Shown here one piece after another: positions 55,850 to 64,000 of a stretch of 64,000 nt of DNA. This DNA comes from Faecalibacterium sp. CAG:1138 (lineage in GTDB: Bacteria; Bacillota; Clostridia; Christensenellales; CAG-917): the NCBI GenBank assembly GCA_000434675.1, contig HF988637.1, positions 31,244 to 95,243 of the forward strand. Reading direction: 5' to 3'. Under the pieces are notes generated by a model, which saw nothing but the letters and a program-made list of their open reading frames with translations, did no database searches and was not told the origin of the DNA. Each line of letters begins with the position of its first letter. Positions within the stretch are counted from its first letter, which is position 1. The translations under genes were made by a program, and so were the position numbers.

Positions 55850-58495
55850 ATGGCAAAGAAGTTTGTTTACAAATTTTCCGAAGGCAACAAGGATATGCGC
55901 AACCTGCTCGGCGGCAAAGGCGCTAACCTTGCCGAAATGACTCATATCGGTTTGCCTGTTCCGTTCGGCTTCACCATCACCACCGAAGCTTGCACTCAGT
56001 ACTATGAGGACGGCAAACAAATCAACGACGAAATCAAAGCGGAAATCCTTGAAAACGTCAAAATGCTGGAAGAAAAAGCCGGCATGAAATTCGGAGATAA
56101 AGAAAACCCACTTCTCGTATCCGTCCGTTCCGGTGCAAGGGCTTCTATGCCGGGCATGATGGACACCATTCTGAACCTCGGTCTTAACGACGACGTGGTT
56201 GAAGTTCTGGCCAAAAAATCCGGCAATCCGAGATGGGCTTGGGACTGCTACAGGCGCTTCATTCAAATGTTCAGCGACGTCGTTATGGAAGTCGGCAAGA
56301 AATATTTTGAAGCTCTCATCGACGAACTCAAAGAAAAGAAGGGCGTTACCTTCGACGTAGAACTCACCGCAGACGACCTCAAGGAACTGGCCGGCAAGTT
56401 CAAAGCGGAATATCAGGCAAAAATCGGCAAACCGTTCCCGTCCGATCCGAAAGAACAACTCTTCGAAGCCATCAAAGCCGTTTTCCGCAGCTGGGATAAC
56501 CCGCGCGCAAACATCTATCGTATGGACCACGACATCCCTTACAGCTGGGGCACCGCAGTCAACGTACAGATGATGGCTTTCGGCAACATGGGCGACGATT
56601 GCGGCACCGGCGTTGCGTTCACTCGTAACCCTGCCACCGGCGAACCGGGCCTCATGGGCGAATTTTTGATGAACGCGCAGGGCGAAGACGTCGTTGCAGG
56701 CGTTCGCACCCCGATGCCTATTTCCGAAATGGCAAAAGTTCTGCCGGAAGTTTACGCTCAATTCCAGGACGTTTGCAAAATCCTTGAAAACCACTACAGG
56801 GATATGCAGGATATGGAATTCACCATTCAGCAGAAAAAACTTTATATGCTTCAAACCCGTAACGGCAAACGTACCGCATCTGCCGCTATAAGAATCGCTT
56901 GCGACCTTATCGACGAAGGTATGATCACCGAAAAAGAAGCTCTTCTCCAAATCGACGCGAAAACCCTGGATATGCTTCTGCACGATCAATTCGACGCAAA
57001 AGCTCTTAAGTCCGCCGACAAAGAAAACGTCGTCGGCAAAGGTATCGCAGCTTCTCCGGGCGCCGCTGCAGGCACCATCGTCTTCACTCCGGCAGACGCC
57101 GTAAAACTCGGAAAAGAAGGCAAGAAGGTTATTCTCGTTCGTTTGGAAACCTCTCCTGAAGATATCGAAGGCATGAAATACGCTCAAGGTATCCTCACCG
57201 TTCGCGGCGGTCAGACCTCTCACGCGGCAGTCGTCGCAAGAGGCATGGGCACTTGCTGCGTTTCCGGTTGCGGCGACATCAAAATGCACGAAGAAGAGAA
57301 ATGGTTCGAACTCGGCGGAAAAGTTTTCCACGAAGGCGACAACCTTTCCCTCGACGGCAGCACCGGCAACATCTACGACATCGCTATCAAAACCGTTCCG
57401 GCAGACCCAAGCAGCGGCTACTTCGGACGCATCATGCAGCTTGCAGACAAATATAAAGCTCTCGGCGTAAGAACCAACGCCGACACTCCGGAAGACGCTA
57501 AACGCGCGGCCGACCTCGGCGCACAAGGCATCGGTCTCTGCCGCACCGAACACATGTTCTTCGGACCGGGCAGAATAGACAAATTCCGCGAGATGATTTG
57601 CTCCGAAACCGTCGAAGAAAGAGTTAAGGCTCTGGACGCAATCGAACCTATGCAACAAGCTGACTTCGAAGGCCTTATGGAAGCTTTGAAAGGTCATCCT
57701 GTTACCATTCGTTTCCTCGATCCGCCTCTTCACGAATTCGTTCCGACCGCAGAAAAGGACATCGCAGAACTTGCAAAAGCAAAGGGAAAAACCGTTCAGG
57801 AAATCAAACTTCTTTGCGACAGTCTGCACGAATTCAACCCTATGATGGGCCACCGCGGTTGCCGTCTGGCAGTTACCTATCCGGAAATTGCCGTTATGCA
57901 GACCAAGGCTATCATCAAGGCCGCCATCGCAGTGAAACAACGTCATCCTGACTGGAACATCGTTCCTGAAATCATGATCCCGCTTATCGGCGAAATCAAA
58001 GAACTCGTGTTCTGCAAAAAGACCGTTGTCGAAACCGCAGACGCAGTTATCAAAGAAGCAGGCGTCGATCTCAAATACGAAGTCGGCACCATGATCGAAA
58101 TTCCAAGGGCAGCGCTCACCGCGGACGAAATCGCAAAAGAAGCCGAATTCTTCTGCTTCGGCACCAACGACCTCACCCAGCTTACTTTCGGCTTCAGCCG
58201 TGACGACGCAAGCAAGTTCCTCCCGAGCTACTACGCCGCCAAGATCTACGAATCCGATCCGTTTGCAAGGCTCGACACCGTCGGCGTAGGCAAACTTATG
58301 AAGATGGGCGTCGAACTCGGCCATGCAACCCGTAAGAACCTGCATTGCGGTATATGCGGCGAACACGGCGGCGATCCTTCCAGCATCGAATTCTGCCACG
58401 ATATCGGCATCGATTACGTTTCTTGCTCTCCGTTCCGCGTTCCAATCGCAAGGCTCGCAGCGGCGCAGGCTAATATCCGTAATCCGAGGGGCTAA
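55850..58495 (+). CDS. ppdK: Pyruvate, phosphate dikinase
   Basis: Contains GGKGANLAEM, the phosphohistidine loop GGQTSHAAVVARGMG, and C-terminal GTNDLTQ...CGEHGGDP. 881 aa. Confidence 0.95.
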   Translation: MAKKFVYKFSEGNKDMRNLLGGKGANLAEMTHIGLPVPFGFTITTEACTQYYEDGKQINDEIKAEILENVKMLEEKAGMKFGDKENPLLVSVRSGARASMPGMMDTILNLGLNDDVVEVLAKKSGNPRWAWDCYRRFIQMFSDVVMEVGKKYFEALIDELKEKKGVTFDVELTADDLKELAGKFKAEYQAKIGKPFPSDPKEQLFEAIKAVFRSWDNPRANIYRMDHDIPYSWGTAVNVQMMAFGNMGDDCGTGVAFTRNPATGEPGLMGEFLMNAQGEDVVAGVRTPMPISEMAKVLPEVYAQFQDVCKILENHYRDMQDMEFTIQQKKLYMLQTRNGKRTASAAIRIACDLIDEGMITEKEALLQIDAKTLDMLLHDQFDAKALKSADKENVVGKGIAASPGAAAGTIVFTPADAVKLGKEGKKVILVRLETSPEDIEGMKYAQGILTVRGGQTSHAAVVARGMGTCCVSGCGDIKMHEEEKWFELGGKVFHEGDNLSLDGSTGNIYDIAIKTVPADPSSGYFGRIMQLADKYKALGVRTNADTPEDAKRAADLGAQGIGLCRTEHMFFGPGRIDKFREMICSETVEERVKALDAIEPMQQADFEGLMEALKGHPVTIRFLDPPLHEFVPTAEKDIAELAKAKGKTVQEIKLLCDSLHEFNPMMGHRGCRLAVTYPEIAVMQTKAIIKAAIAVKQRHPDWNIVPEIMIPLIGEIKELVFCKKTVVETADAVIKEAGVDLKYEVGTMIEIPRAALTADEIAKEAEFFCFGTNDLTQLTFGFSRDDASKFLPSYYAAKIYESDPFARLDTVGVGKLMKMGVELGHATRKNLHCGICGEHGGDPSSIEFCHDIGIDYVSCSPFRVPIARLAAAQANIRNPRG

Positions 58496-58550
58496 GAATT
58501 AGCGCCAAAAAGCGGTAAAAATTCAATTTTTAATTAAAAAATAAGGTTTT

Positions 58551-58586
58551 AGTAGTCATTCTTCTCGGAGAGTGACTACTTTTTTT
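58551..58586 (+). terminator. Rho-independent terminator after ppdK; last host-like sequence before the AT-rich island
   Basis: Long stem AGTAGTCA...TGACTACT (58551-58580) followed by T6. Confidence 0.8.
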
Positions 58587-58706
58587 CTCTTAGAAATCTC
58601 TTGCCAAGTCAAAAATCTGTCAAAAAAACGGGGTGGTTCCTCAAATTTTACATTTTTCTGTATCTACCGCTATGGGTAAAAAAGGGCGATAAAAAGGAGG
58701 TTTTTT

Positions 58707-59252
58707 ATGAAAAATTACAAATTAATCATTGAATATTACAAAAAAGGCAATAAACAAGAGCAAATCGCTACCCTTTGCAGTTGTTCTCGAATGACTGTTT
58801 TTACTGTGCTAAAGCGTTTTCGAACTCTAGAACTTAATTATGATGACGTAAAGTCAATGAGTGAAGAAGAAATTTCTTCTTTATTATTCCCCGAAAGGGC
58901 GAAAGCCGGGGAAGGGTATTTAATTCCCGATTTTAAGTGGGAAGAGTTTCAAATGTGTAAACATCAATCGTCTATAAGGCTTTGTTGGCGTAGGTATTGC
59001 AAACGTGCCGCAAAACAAAACTTGATGGCATACAGTTGGAAATGCTTTATAACTTTATATAATGCTTATCGCAGACCCAAAATAGTAGTCGAAGACCCAA
59101 ACGACAAGATTCGCAACAAACTAAAAGATTTTAACTTTTTATTATCTTGTTGCCAGCGTGGAAGTATAAACTATCAAGTAATCCAACGTAAAAAGGAAGA
59201 GTGGCTCAAATCCTTAAAACTCGAAGAAGATAAAATTTTGGACGACGAGTAA
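58707..59252 (+). mobile_element. IS21-family transposase (IstA) remnant: N-terminal HTH part only, no DDE domain
   Basis: The sequence NYKLIIEYYKKG..QEQIATLCSCSRMTVFTVLKRF...S.EEISSLLFPE....(Y)LIPDF..........LCW..YC follows the N-terminal ~125 aa pattern of Firmicute IS21 IstA. It then diverges and stops at 181 aa. Confidence 0.6.
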
Positions 59253-59264
59253 TTGAATAATCAA

Positions 59265-59304
59265 CTAAAAGGTTAGGACAAAGACGTTCTAACCTTTTAG
59301 TTTA
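59265..59304 (+). terminator. Rho-independent terminator after the IS remnant
   Basis: Perfect 12-bp arms CTAAAAGGTTAG and CTAACCTTTTAG with a 12-nt loop, followed by TTTA. Confidence 0.7.
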
Positions 59305-59469
59305 TGTATTGTTTTAACTAAACTCACACGAAACACTTGTTCAACGTAGTGTTTTGTGTAAAAACAGTTAAAAACTATATCTTTTAAACCTAAAATGCTT
59401 GAAAAACGTCGTTTTTTCTTCGGAAATCAAGCAAATTAGGTATAGTATTACTAAATATTAACCAAATCT

Positions 59470-59509
59470 ACACAAACCACTTGACTTTTTTAGTGTTTTA
59501 TATTAAAAT
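59470..59509 (+). promoter_or_regulatory. abiE promoter overlapped by an inverted repeat (putative AbiEi operator)
   Basis: TTGACT (59481-59486), 17 nt spacer, TAAAAT (59504-59509). The IR arms are ACACAAACCACT (59470-59481) and AGTGTTTTATAT (59492-59503), matching 9/12. A similar IR lies at 59326-59359. Confidence 0.45.
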
Positions 59510-59537
59510 GGTTAAAATTAGTTTTGAGGATATGAAA

Positions 59538-60275
59538 ATGGCAAAATTTATCCCTTATACGTTTACAAAAAAGGACGTAATAGGCAATTTTATAAATGAT
59601 AAACAATACGAAAATTGGATAGCGGGGCAAGTTCGTTCCAAAAAAATTGTTAAGGTTCGCAACGGTTTATACGTTCACGTTGACGTGTCGGGATATCCAC
59701 TTACAACAAAGTTTGAACTTGCTACAAAAATTGCTGAAGATGCTTTCGTGTGCTATCATTCTGCCTTTGAATATTTTGGCGTGGCTAATCAAGTTTTTAA
59801 TACCGTAACGGTGGGTAGTAAAAAGCGTTTCAACGATTTTACTTTTGACGATATCGACTATGTTCGTAAGCCTCTAAAACACGACGTTCAAATTATGAAT
59901 ATAGTAACCGCCGCGGTTCGTGTGACTTCTCTTGAACGTACGGTTGTTGACTGCCTTGACGATATTGACGCAGGTGGTGGAATTGATGAAATCTTAAATG
60001 CGCTTGACCAAATTCGTGTTTTAGACGAAACAAAACTACTTGAAACGTTAAAAGCCTACGATTCGGTATTCCTATATCAAAAAGCGGGCTACGTGTTAGA
60101 ACATTTTCAAGACAAATTTATGTTGACCGATTCGTTTTTTGAAGAATGTAAAAGCAAACTAACCAATCAGATAAAGTATTTTTTACAAGACGAGTATAAA
60201 GATATAGAGTTTAATTCTAAGTGGAAACTTATGGCGCCTAAAAATCTTAAATCTCGACTAAACGGAGGATATTAA
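59538..60275 (+). CDS. abiEi: Type IV toxin-antitoxin / abortive infection antitoxin AbiEi-family protein
   Basis: About 245 aa. The N-terminal wHTH-like part has ...KKIVKVRNGLYV.... The C-domain reads AFVCYHSAFEYFG.AN.....V.V... . Start set at ATG 59538, 7 nt after GAGGA. TAATG overlap with the NTase toxin gene. Confidence 0.75.
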   Translation: MAKFIPYTFTKKDVIGNFINDKQYENWIAGQVRSKKIVKVRNGLYVHVDVSGYPLTTKFELATKIAEDAFVCYHSAFEYFGVANQVFNTVTVGSKKRFNDFTFDDIDYVRKPLKHDVQIMNIVTAAVRVTSLERTVVDCLDDIDAGGGIDEILNALDQIRVLDETKLLETLKAYDSVFLYQKAGYVLEHFQDKFMLTDSFFEECKSKLTNQIKYFLQDEYKDIEFNSKWKLMAPKNLKSRLNGGY

Positions 60276-61213
60276 TGGAATTTTCAAGACAATACTTGAC
60301 GAGACTTGCCCAAGAATCCAACTTTATAAAAGATACTTTGGAAAAAGTTTTACGTCTTTCTGAAATATTAAAATTTTTAAATAGCGACGTTGTCTTTAAG
60401 GATAAACTTGCTCTTAAAGGTGGTACGGCTATAAATCTAACTGCAGTAGAGCTTCCGCGCCTTTCGGTTGATATTGATTTGGATTTTACCGTAAACGTTA
60501 GCAGGGACGAGCTGCCTGAAATAAAAGAAAAGTTCAAAAAGCGCCTAACCGACTATATGTGGCAAGAAGGTTATTCTCTTGCAGATTCTCGCGACCATTT
60601 CGCTTTAACGTCTTTCTTGTTTAATTATATTAATAATGCAGGCAATCGTGATAATATAAAGGTTGAAATCAACTTCTTGGATAGATGCCACGTTTTACCG
60701 CTTGAAAAGAAAAAGATTTTAACGAAAGGTATCGTAGAAGATTTTGAAGTTTTAGCCTTAAACACTACTGAACTATATGCAAGTAAAATCAACGCTCTTC
60801 TATCACGTGCTACGCCAAGAGATTTATATGACGTTAACGCTATGATAGAAAATAACGTTATAACGGACACCGAGCTTTTAAGAAAATGTCTTGTATTTTA
60901 TAACGCTATTGGCGGTGATTATGATATTCAAGATTTAGACTATAAAAACGTTGAAAGATTAGATTATAGGAAGTATAAAACTCAATTAAAACCCGTTGTA
61001 TCAAAAGACGATAAGTTTGATATTGAAAAGGCAAAAGAAAAAGTTCTGGCGTACGTAAAAGATTTACTTGTTTTAACGGACGGCGAAAAAGAGTTTCTAA
61101 GTAAATTAAAAGATAAAACTTATGCGCCCGAATTATTATTCGACAACGAAGAAATCGTAGCGAATATAAAACATCACCCAGCATCCTTATGGCGCATAAG
61201 AGAAAATATATAA
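60275..61213 (+). CDS. abiEii: Nucleotidyltransferase toxin AbiEii/AbiGii family (DUF1814)
   Basis: Contains LALKGGTAINL....LPRLSVDIDLDF, the pol-beta NTase G[GS]-x9-13-DxD motif. It also has the later ...ELYASKINALLSRATPRDLYD pattern typical of AbiEii. 312 aa. Confidence 0.85.
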   Translation: MEFSRQYLTRLAQESNFIKDTLEKVLRLSEILKFLNSDVVFKDKLALKGGTAINLTAVELPRLSVDIDLDFTVNVSRDELPEIKEKFKKRLTDYMWQEGYSLADSRDHFALTSFLFNYINNAGNRDNIKVEINFLDRCHVLPLEKKKILTKGIVEDFEVLALNTTELYASKINALLSRATPRDLYDVNAMIENNVITDTELLRKCLVFYNAIGGDYDIQDLDYKNVERLDYRKYKTQLKPVVSKDDKFDIEKAKEKVLAYVKDLLVLTDGEKEFLSKLKDKTYAPELLFDNEEIVANIKHHPASLWRIRENI

Positions 61214-61277
61214 GAATATTGACTATTTGCCCAACAGAAAAAGAAGATAAAATTTAGTCATTTCAAAGGAGAAAATC

Positions 61278-62807
61278 ATGGCTGAAATAGAAATTGGTAA
61301 ATTTACATTAGAATCCTTGACGACGGGTATGTATAACAATCCCGAAATTGTTTATAGAGAATATATTCAAAACGCTGTAGATTCATTTGATAATGCAGTA
61401 TCAAAGAAGTTAATGAAACTTGACGACTGCAGAATTGAGATAATTGTTGACGCAGATAGGCAAGAGATTAGTATTAAAGATAATGGTACGGGTATCGGAA
61501 AAGAACTTGCTGTAAAAACCTTGTTGGATATAGGCAATTCTACTAAAACACATACAAGCAACAGAGGTTTTAGAGGAATTGGTCGTTTGGGTGGATTATC
61601 TTATTGTAAAAAATTAAGTTTTTGCACCTCTGCTCAAAATGAACCGGAAAAAACATTAGTTACTTTTGATTGTGCGAAGTTAAAAGAATTGCTAATCCCT
61701 GGACAAGCTACTGAATATAATTTGCAAAAAGTTATTTCTGCTGTTACTGAAGTAAAGGTATTGTCTGAGCAAGCGTCGGCTCATTACTTCATAGTAAAAA
61801 TGGAAGGGGTCGACGATATTTCCACATTGCTTGATATTGAATTTGTTAAGGATTATATCGCTCAAGTGGCGCCTGTTCCATTTAGAGACCGTTTTTATTG
61901 GGGGAGAGAACTTAAAAACGAATTTGCAAAAAGCAATTTTAATGTTGCCGAATATGCTGTGTTTGTTGGTGATTCTTTTGAGACATTGTCCCAAGTATAT
62001 AAACCTTATAAAATTACAATAGATGTTTCTGCTCGAGCTGGGGTGGCGAAAGATGAAATTCAAGGGATATCATATTTTGATATCAAAGATTCTTCCGATA
62101 AAGTATTAGCTATTGGTTGGTATGGTGAGCTTGATTTTTATGGGACAATTGCCGATGAAAAAGTCTCTGGTATTAGAATTAGACAAGGAAATATTCTAAT
62201 TGGTGACAATAAAACGTTATCCCCATATTTTATAGAAGCGAGATTTAACAACTGGTGCGTTGGTGAATTGTATATAATTTCTGATGATTTAATACCGAAT
62301 GCAAGAAGGGACGGGTTTGAAAGCAATAAGGCATTTTCTGAGTTTTGCGATTGTTTTAAGATGACAGTTGGTGTTGAGTTAGGATTAAAGATAAGGACAG
62401 CGTCTAAAACTCGAAATAATCCAATGAAGAAAGCCTTAACCAAAACTGAGAAAACTATTGTCGCTGTTGAAAAGGTTTTAGAAAGTGGTTTTAATTCTTC
62501 TTTTGAGAAAGAACAAATAGCCAAAAGTTTAGAAGGTGCAAGAAAAGACCTTTATGTTATACCTAAGGACGCACCAACAGAGATTGCTACTCAAAAGGCT
62601 GAATTAATGGGGAAATTGACTGAATTAACAACTGAAGTTGACGAGTCAAATAACTATAAAACAAAGAAAGATATTCCTTCGGACTTTTCAAAAGCGGAAA
62701 AGAAAATAATACAGGCAATGTTAGAAGTACTAACGAAAAATTTTGAAAGACCGATAGTGGATAGCTTATATAAAGAATTTTTACAAGAACTAAAGAAAAA
62801 GGGCTAA
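61278..62807 (+). CDS. GHKL-superfamily (MORC/HATPase_c_3-like) ATPase
   Basis: The Bergerat-fold motifs appear in order: N-box REYIQNAVDSFDNA, G1 IKDNGTGIG, G2 NRGFRGIGRLGGLSYC. 509 aa. SD AAAGGAG. Confidence 0.8.
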   Translation: MAEIEIGKFTLESLTTGMYNNPEIVYREYIQNAVDSFDNAVSKKLMKLDDCRIEIIVDADRQEISIKDNGTGIGKELAVKTLLDIGNSTKTHTSNRGFRGIGRLGGLSYCKKLSFCTSAQNEPEKTLVTFDCAKLKELLIPGQATEYNLQKVISAVTEVKVLSEQASAHYFIVKMEGVDDISTLLDIEFVKDYIAQVAPVPFRDRFYWGRELKNEFAKSNFNVAEYAVFVGDSFETLSQVYKPYKITIDVSARAGVAKDEIQGISYFDIKDSSDKVLAIGWYGELDFYGTIADEKVSGIRIRQGNILIGDNKTLSPYFIEARFNNWCVGELYIISDDLIPNARRDGFESNKAFSEFCDCFKMTVGVELGLKIRTASKTRNNPMKKALTKTEKTIVAVEKVLESGFNSSFEKEQIAKSLEGARKDLYVIPKDAPTEIATQKAELMGKLTELTTEVDESNNYKTKKDIPSDFSKAEKKIIQAMLEVLTKNFERPIVDSLYKEFLQELKKKG

Positions 62808-62811
62808 TAAT

Positions 62812-64000
62812 ATGGAAATTTATCCTGAAAAATATGACCAGCTTGAATTAACATCTAATGAAAGGTCGTTTTTACGTACAGTAAGCAGGGCGTTTAACGA
62901 GGACGAGCTTGGTTATTACGTATTACATATTAATCCAAGAAAAATTGGGCTCGAAGGTGGTAAACCGGAATTATTCAATCTTCTAATTTGCAAAGAAGGT
63001 TTACTTTTGTTGCGTTTTTTTGATGTTGATAATGTTAATGCAGTAAAAATGACTATAGAGCTTAATGCACAAAGAGGTGTTTTTGACAAGATTGAAAATG
63101 ATATTTATGAAAAATTAAAAGGTAGTAGATATCTTCTAGATTTTTCAGGAGAATTATTGTTTAATTTTAATATCTGTTTTGTTTTCCCTGAAGTAGAAAG
63201 TTCACAAGTTTTATCACAATTGACACCAAATGGTAGATCATTTGTAACAAAGCATGTTTTATTTAAGGATACAATTTTAGCTGTTAGAAAAGAAGGAGAA
63301 AGCGTTCTTAAAAGGTATATTTCCAGAAGAAATTTTATTGAAGAAAAAATAATTAACAATATTTTTCAAAGGCTTTGTCCAGAAATTACTATTGCTAGAA
63401 AATATATTTTAAGTGACGACGTGTCAGTAACTACTCACGATAAGGGTGTGGATGGTTCTGATAGGTCAGTGTTGTCGTATAGGCTTGATTCCTCTCAAAT
63501 TAATATAATCAACAAGATTAAAAAGGGGGACCAGCTAATTTTGGCGTGTGCTGGTAGTGGAAAAAGCGTTTTGCTGATATCGAAGTGCTTTAAGTTGGCG
63601 AGCTTAAATCCTGCTGAAGATTTCTTAATTACTTGTTATAATAGAAATCTAAACAACTATTATCAATGGGCGATAGCTCAGGCAGGCTTTTTAAATAGAA
63701 ATGTAAAGTGTCAAACTTTCTTTGGCTTGTTGAGACATTTGTTAGAAAGTAACCATATTCCAATACCAACTGTATATAACGGAGATACAAACGAGTATTT
63801 TGATGCGCTTTTTAAAGTTGCGAATGACGCCTTAGCAAAAGGAAGAATTAAAGAAAGATTTACGGGAATTTTTATTGACGAAATACAAATATTCAAACCT
63901 GAGTGGTATAGATTTTGTTTCAATTTATTAAAGAACAAAAACCCTGAAAATCATTTCTTCGTTATTGCTGGGGATAAGTCTCAAGATATAAAAAATCATA
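62812..64000 (+). CDS. NERD-like N-terminal domain + UvrD/Rep-type SF1 helicase (3' end beyond the window)
   Basis: My own translation from ATG 62812 is open to nt 64000 (396 codons). Motifs: ...PELFNLLICKEGLLLLRFFD (NERD-like), Q-motif/Walker A LDSSQ...ILACAGSGKSVLL, and Walker B GIFIDEIQIF. It starts 4 nt after the ATPase stop. Confidence 0.8.
   Translation, partial: MEIYPEKYDQLELTSNERSFLRTVSRAFNEDELGYYVLHINPRKIGLEGGKPELFNLLICKEGLLLLRFFDVDNVNAVKMTIELNAQRGVFDKIENDIYEKLKGSRYLLDFSGELLFNFNICFVFPEVESSQVLSQLTPNGRSFVTKHVLFKDTILAVRKEGESVLKRYISRRNFIEEKIINNIFQRLCPEITIARKYILSDDVSVTTHDKGVDGSDRSVLSYRLDSSQINIINKIKKGDQLILACAGSGKSVLLISKCFKLASLNPAEDFLITCYNRNLNNYYQWAIAQAGFLNRNVKCQTFFGLLRHLLESNHIPIPTVYNGDTNEYFDALFKVANDALAKGRIKERFTGIFIDEIQIFKPEWYRFCFNLLKNKNPENHFFVIAGDKSQDIKNH

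Larger units (their letters stand above)
58590..64000. other. AT-rich accessory (defence) island, continuing beyond the window
   Basis: There is an abrupt composition change. I counted 17/60 G+C in row 61261 versus 32/60 in row 56521. The content is an IS remnant, AbiE, and a GHKL-ATPase/helicase pair. Confidence 0.6.

Noticed and set aside
59481-59537. The listed TTG start (59481) for the AbiEi ORF. Analogous upstream alternative starts occur at 9513 (flavin reductase), 17959 (gpmI), 24165 (methyltransferase), 50535 (yqfC) and 9500 (queT).
   Set aside because: In each case the extension lacks an SD or overlaps a promoter, terminator or the upstream gene. A downstream ATG with a canonical SD gives an N-terminus matching the family pattern.

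Overview
This is a 64-kb chromosomal segment from a spore-forming Firmicute, probably Clostridia-like. That assignment rests on spoVT-spoVB/yabM-yabN synteny and on a yqfC-yqfD-yqfF-ybeY-era-yqzL-recO block. Most of the window is housekeeping. It includes a partial LRR surface protein, a cation/proton antiporter, the dnaB(Firmicute)/dnaI primosome pair, and queT behind a preQ1-I riboswitch. It also includes dusB, trmL, a pgk-(Sm-like ORF)-tpiA-gpmI glycolytic operon, ileS, rRNA/tRNA modification enzymes, murG, a type IIA topoisomerase B/A pair (ParE/ParC-like), DUF1846, pepF, the replicative helicase dnaB and ppdK. Two regions are accessory. (1) At about 26.4-37.6 kb there is a compact phage-derived module at host-like composition. 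It has an ArpU/RinA-like regulator, large terminase, portal, scaffold, capsid, a few structural ORFs and two holins. It has no recognisable tail, endolysin, integrase or replication genes, and it carries one in-frame stop and one frameshift. (2) From about 58.6 kb to the window end there is a sharply AT-rich island starting right after the ppdK terminator. It holds an IS21-family transposase remnant, an AbiEi/AbiEii abortive-infection pair, and a tightly linked GHKL-ATPase + NERD-like/UvrD-type SF1 helicase operon that is cut by the window edge. I regard that operon as the best candidate for an uncharacterised defence system. All product calls come from motif, length and synteny recognition by eye. 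No database search, HMM run or folding program was used. Hand-derived coordinates were anchored on the ORF track.
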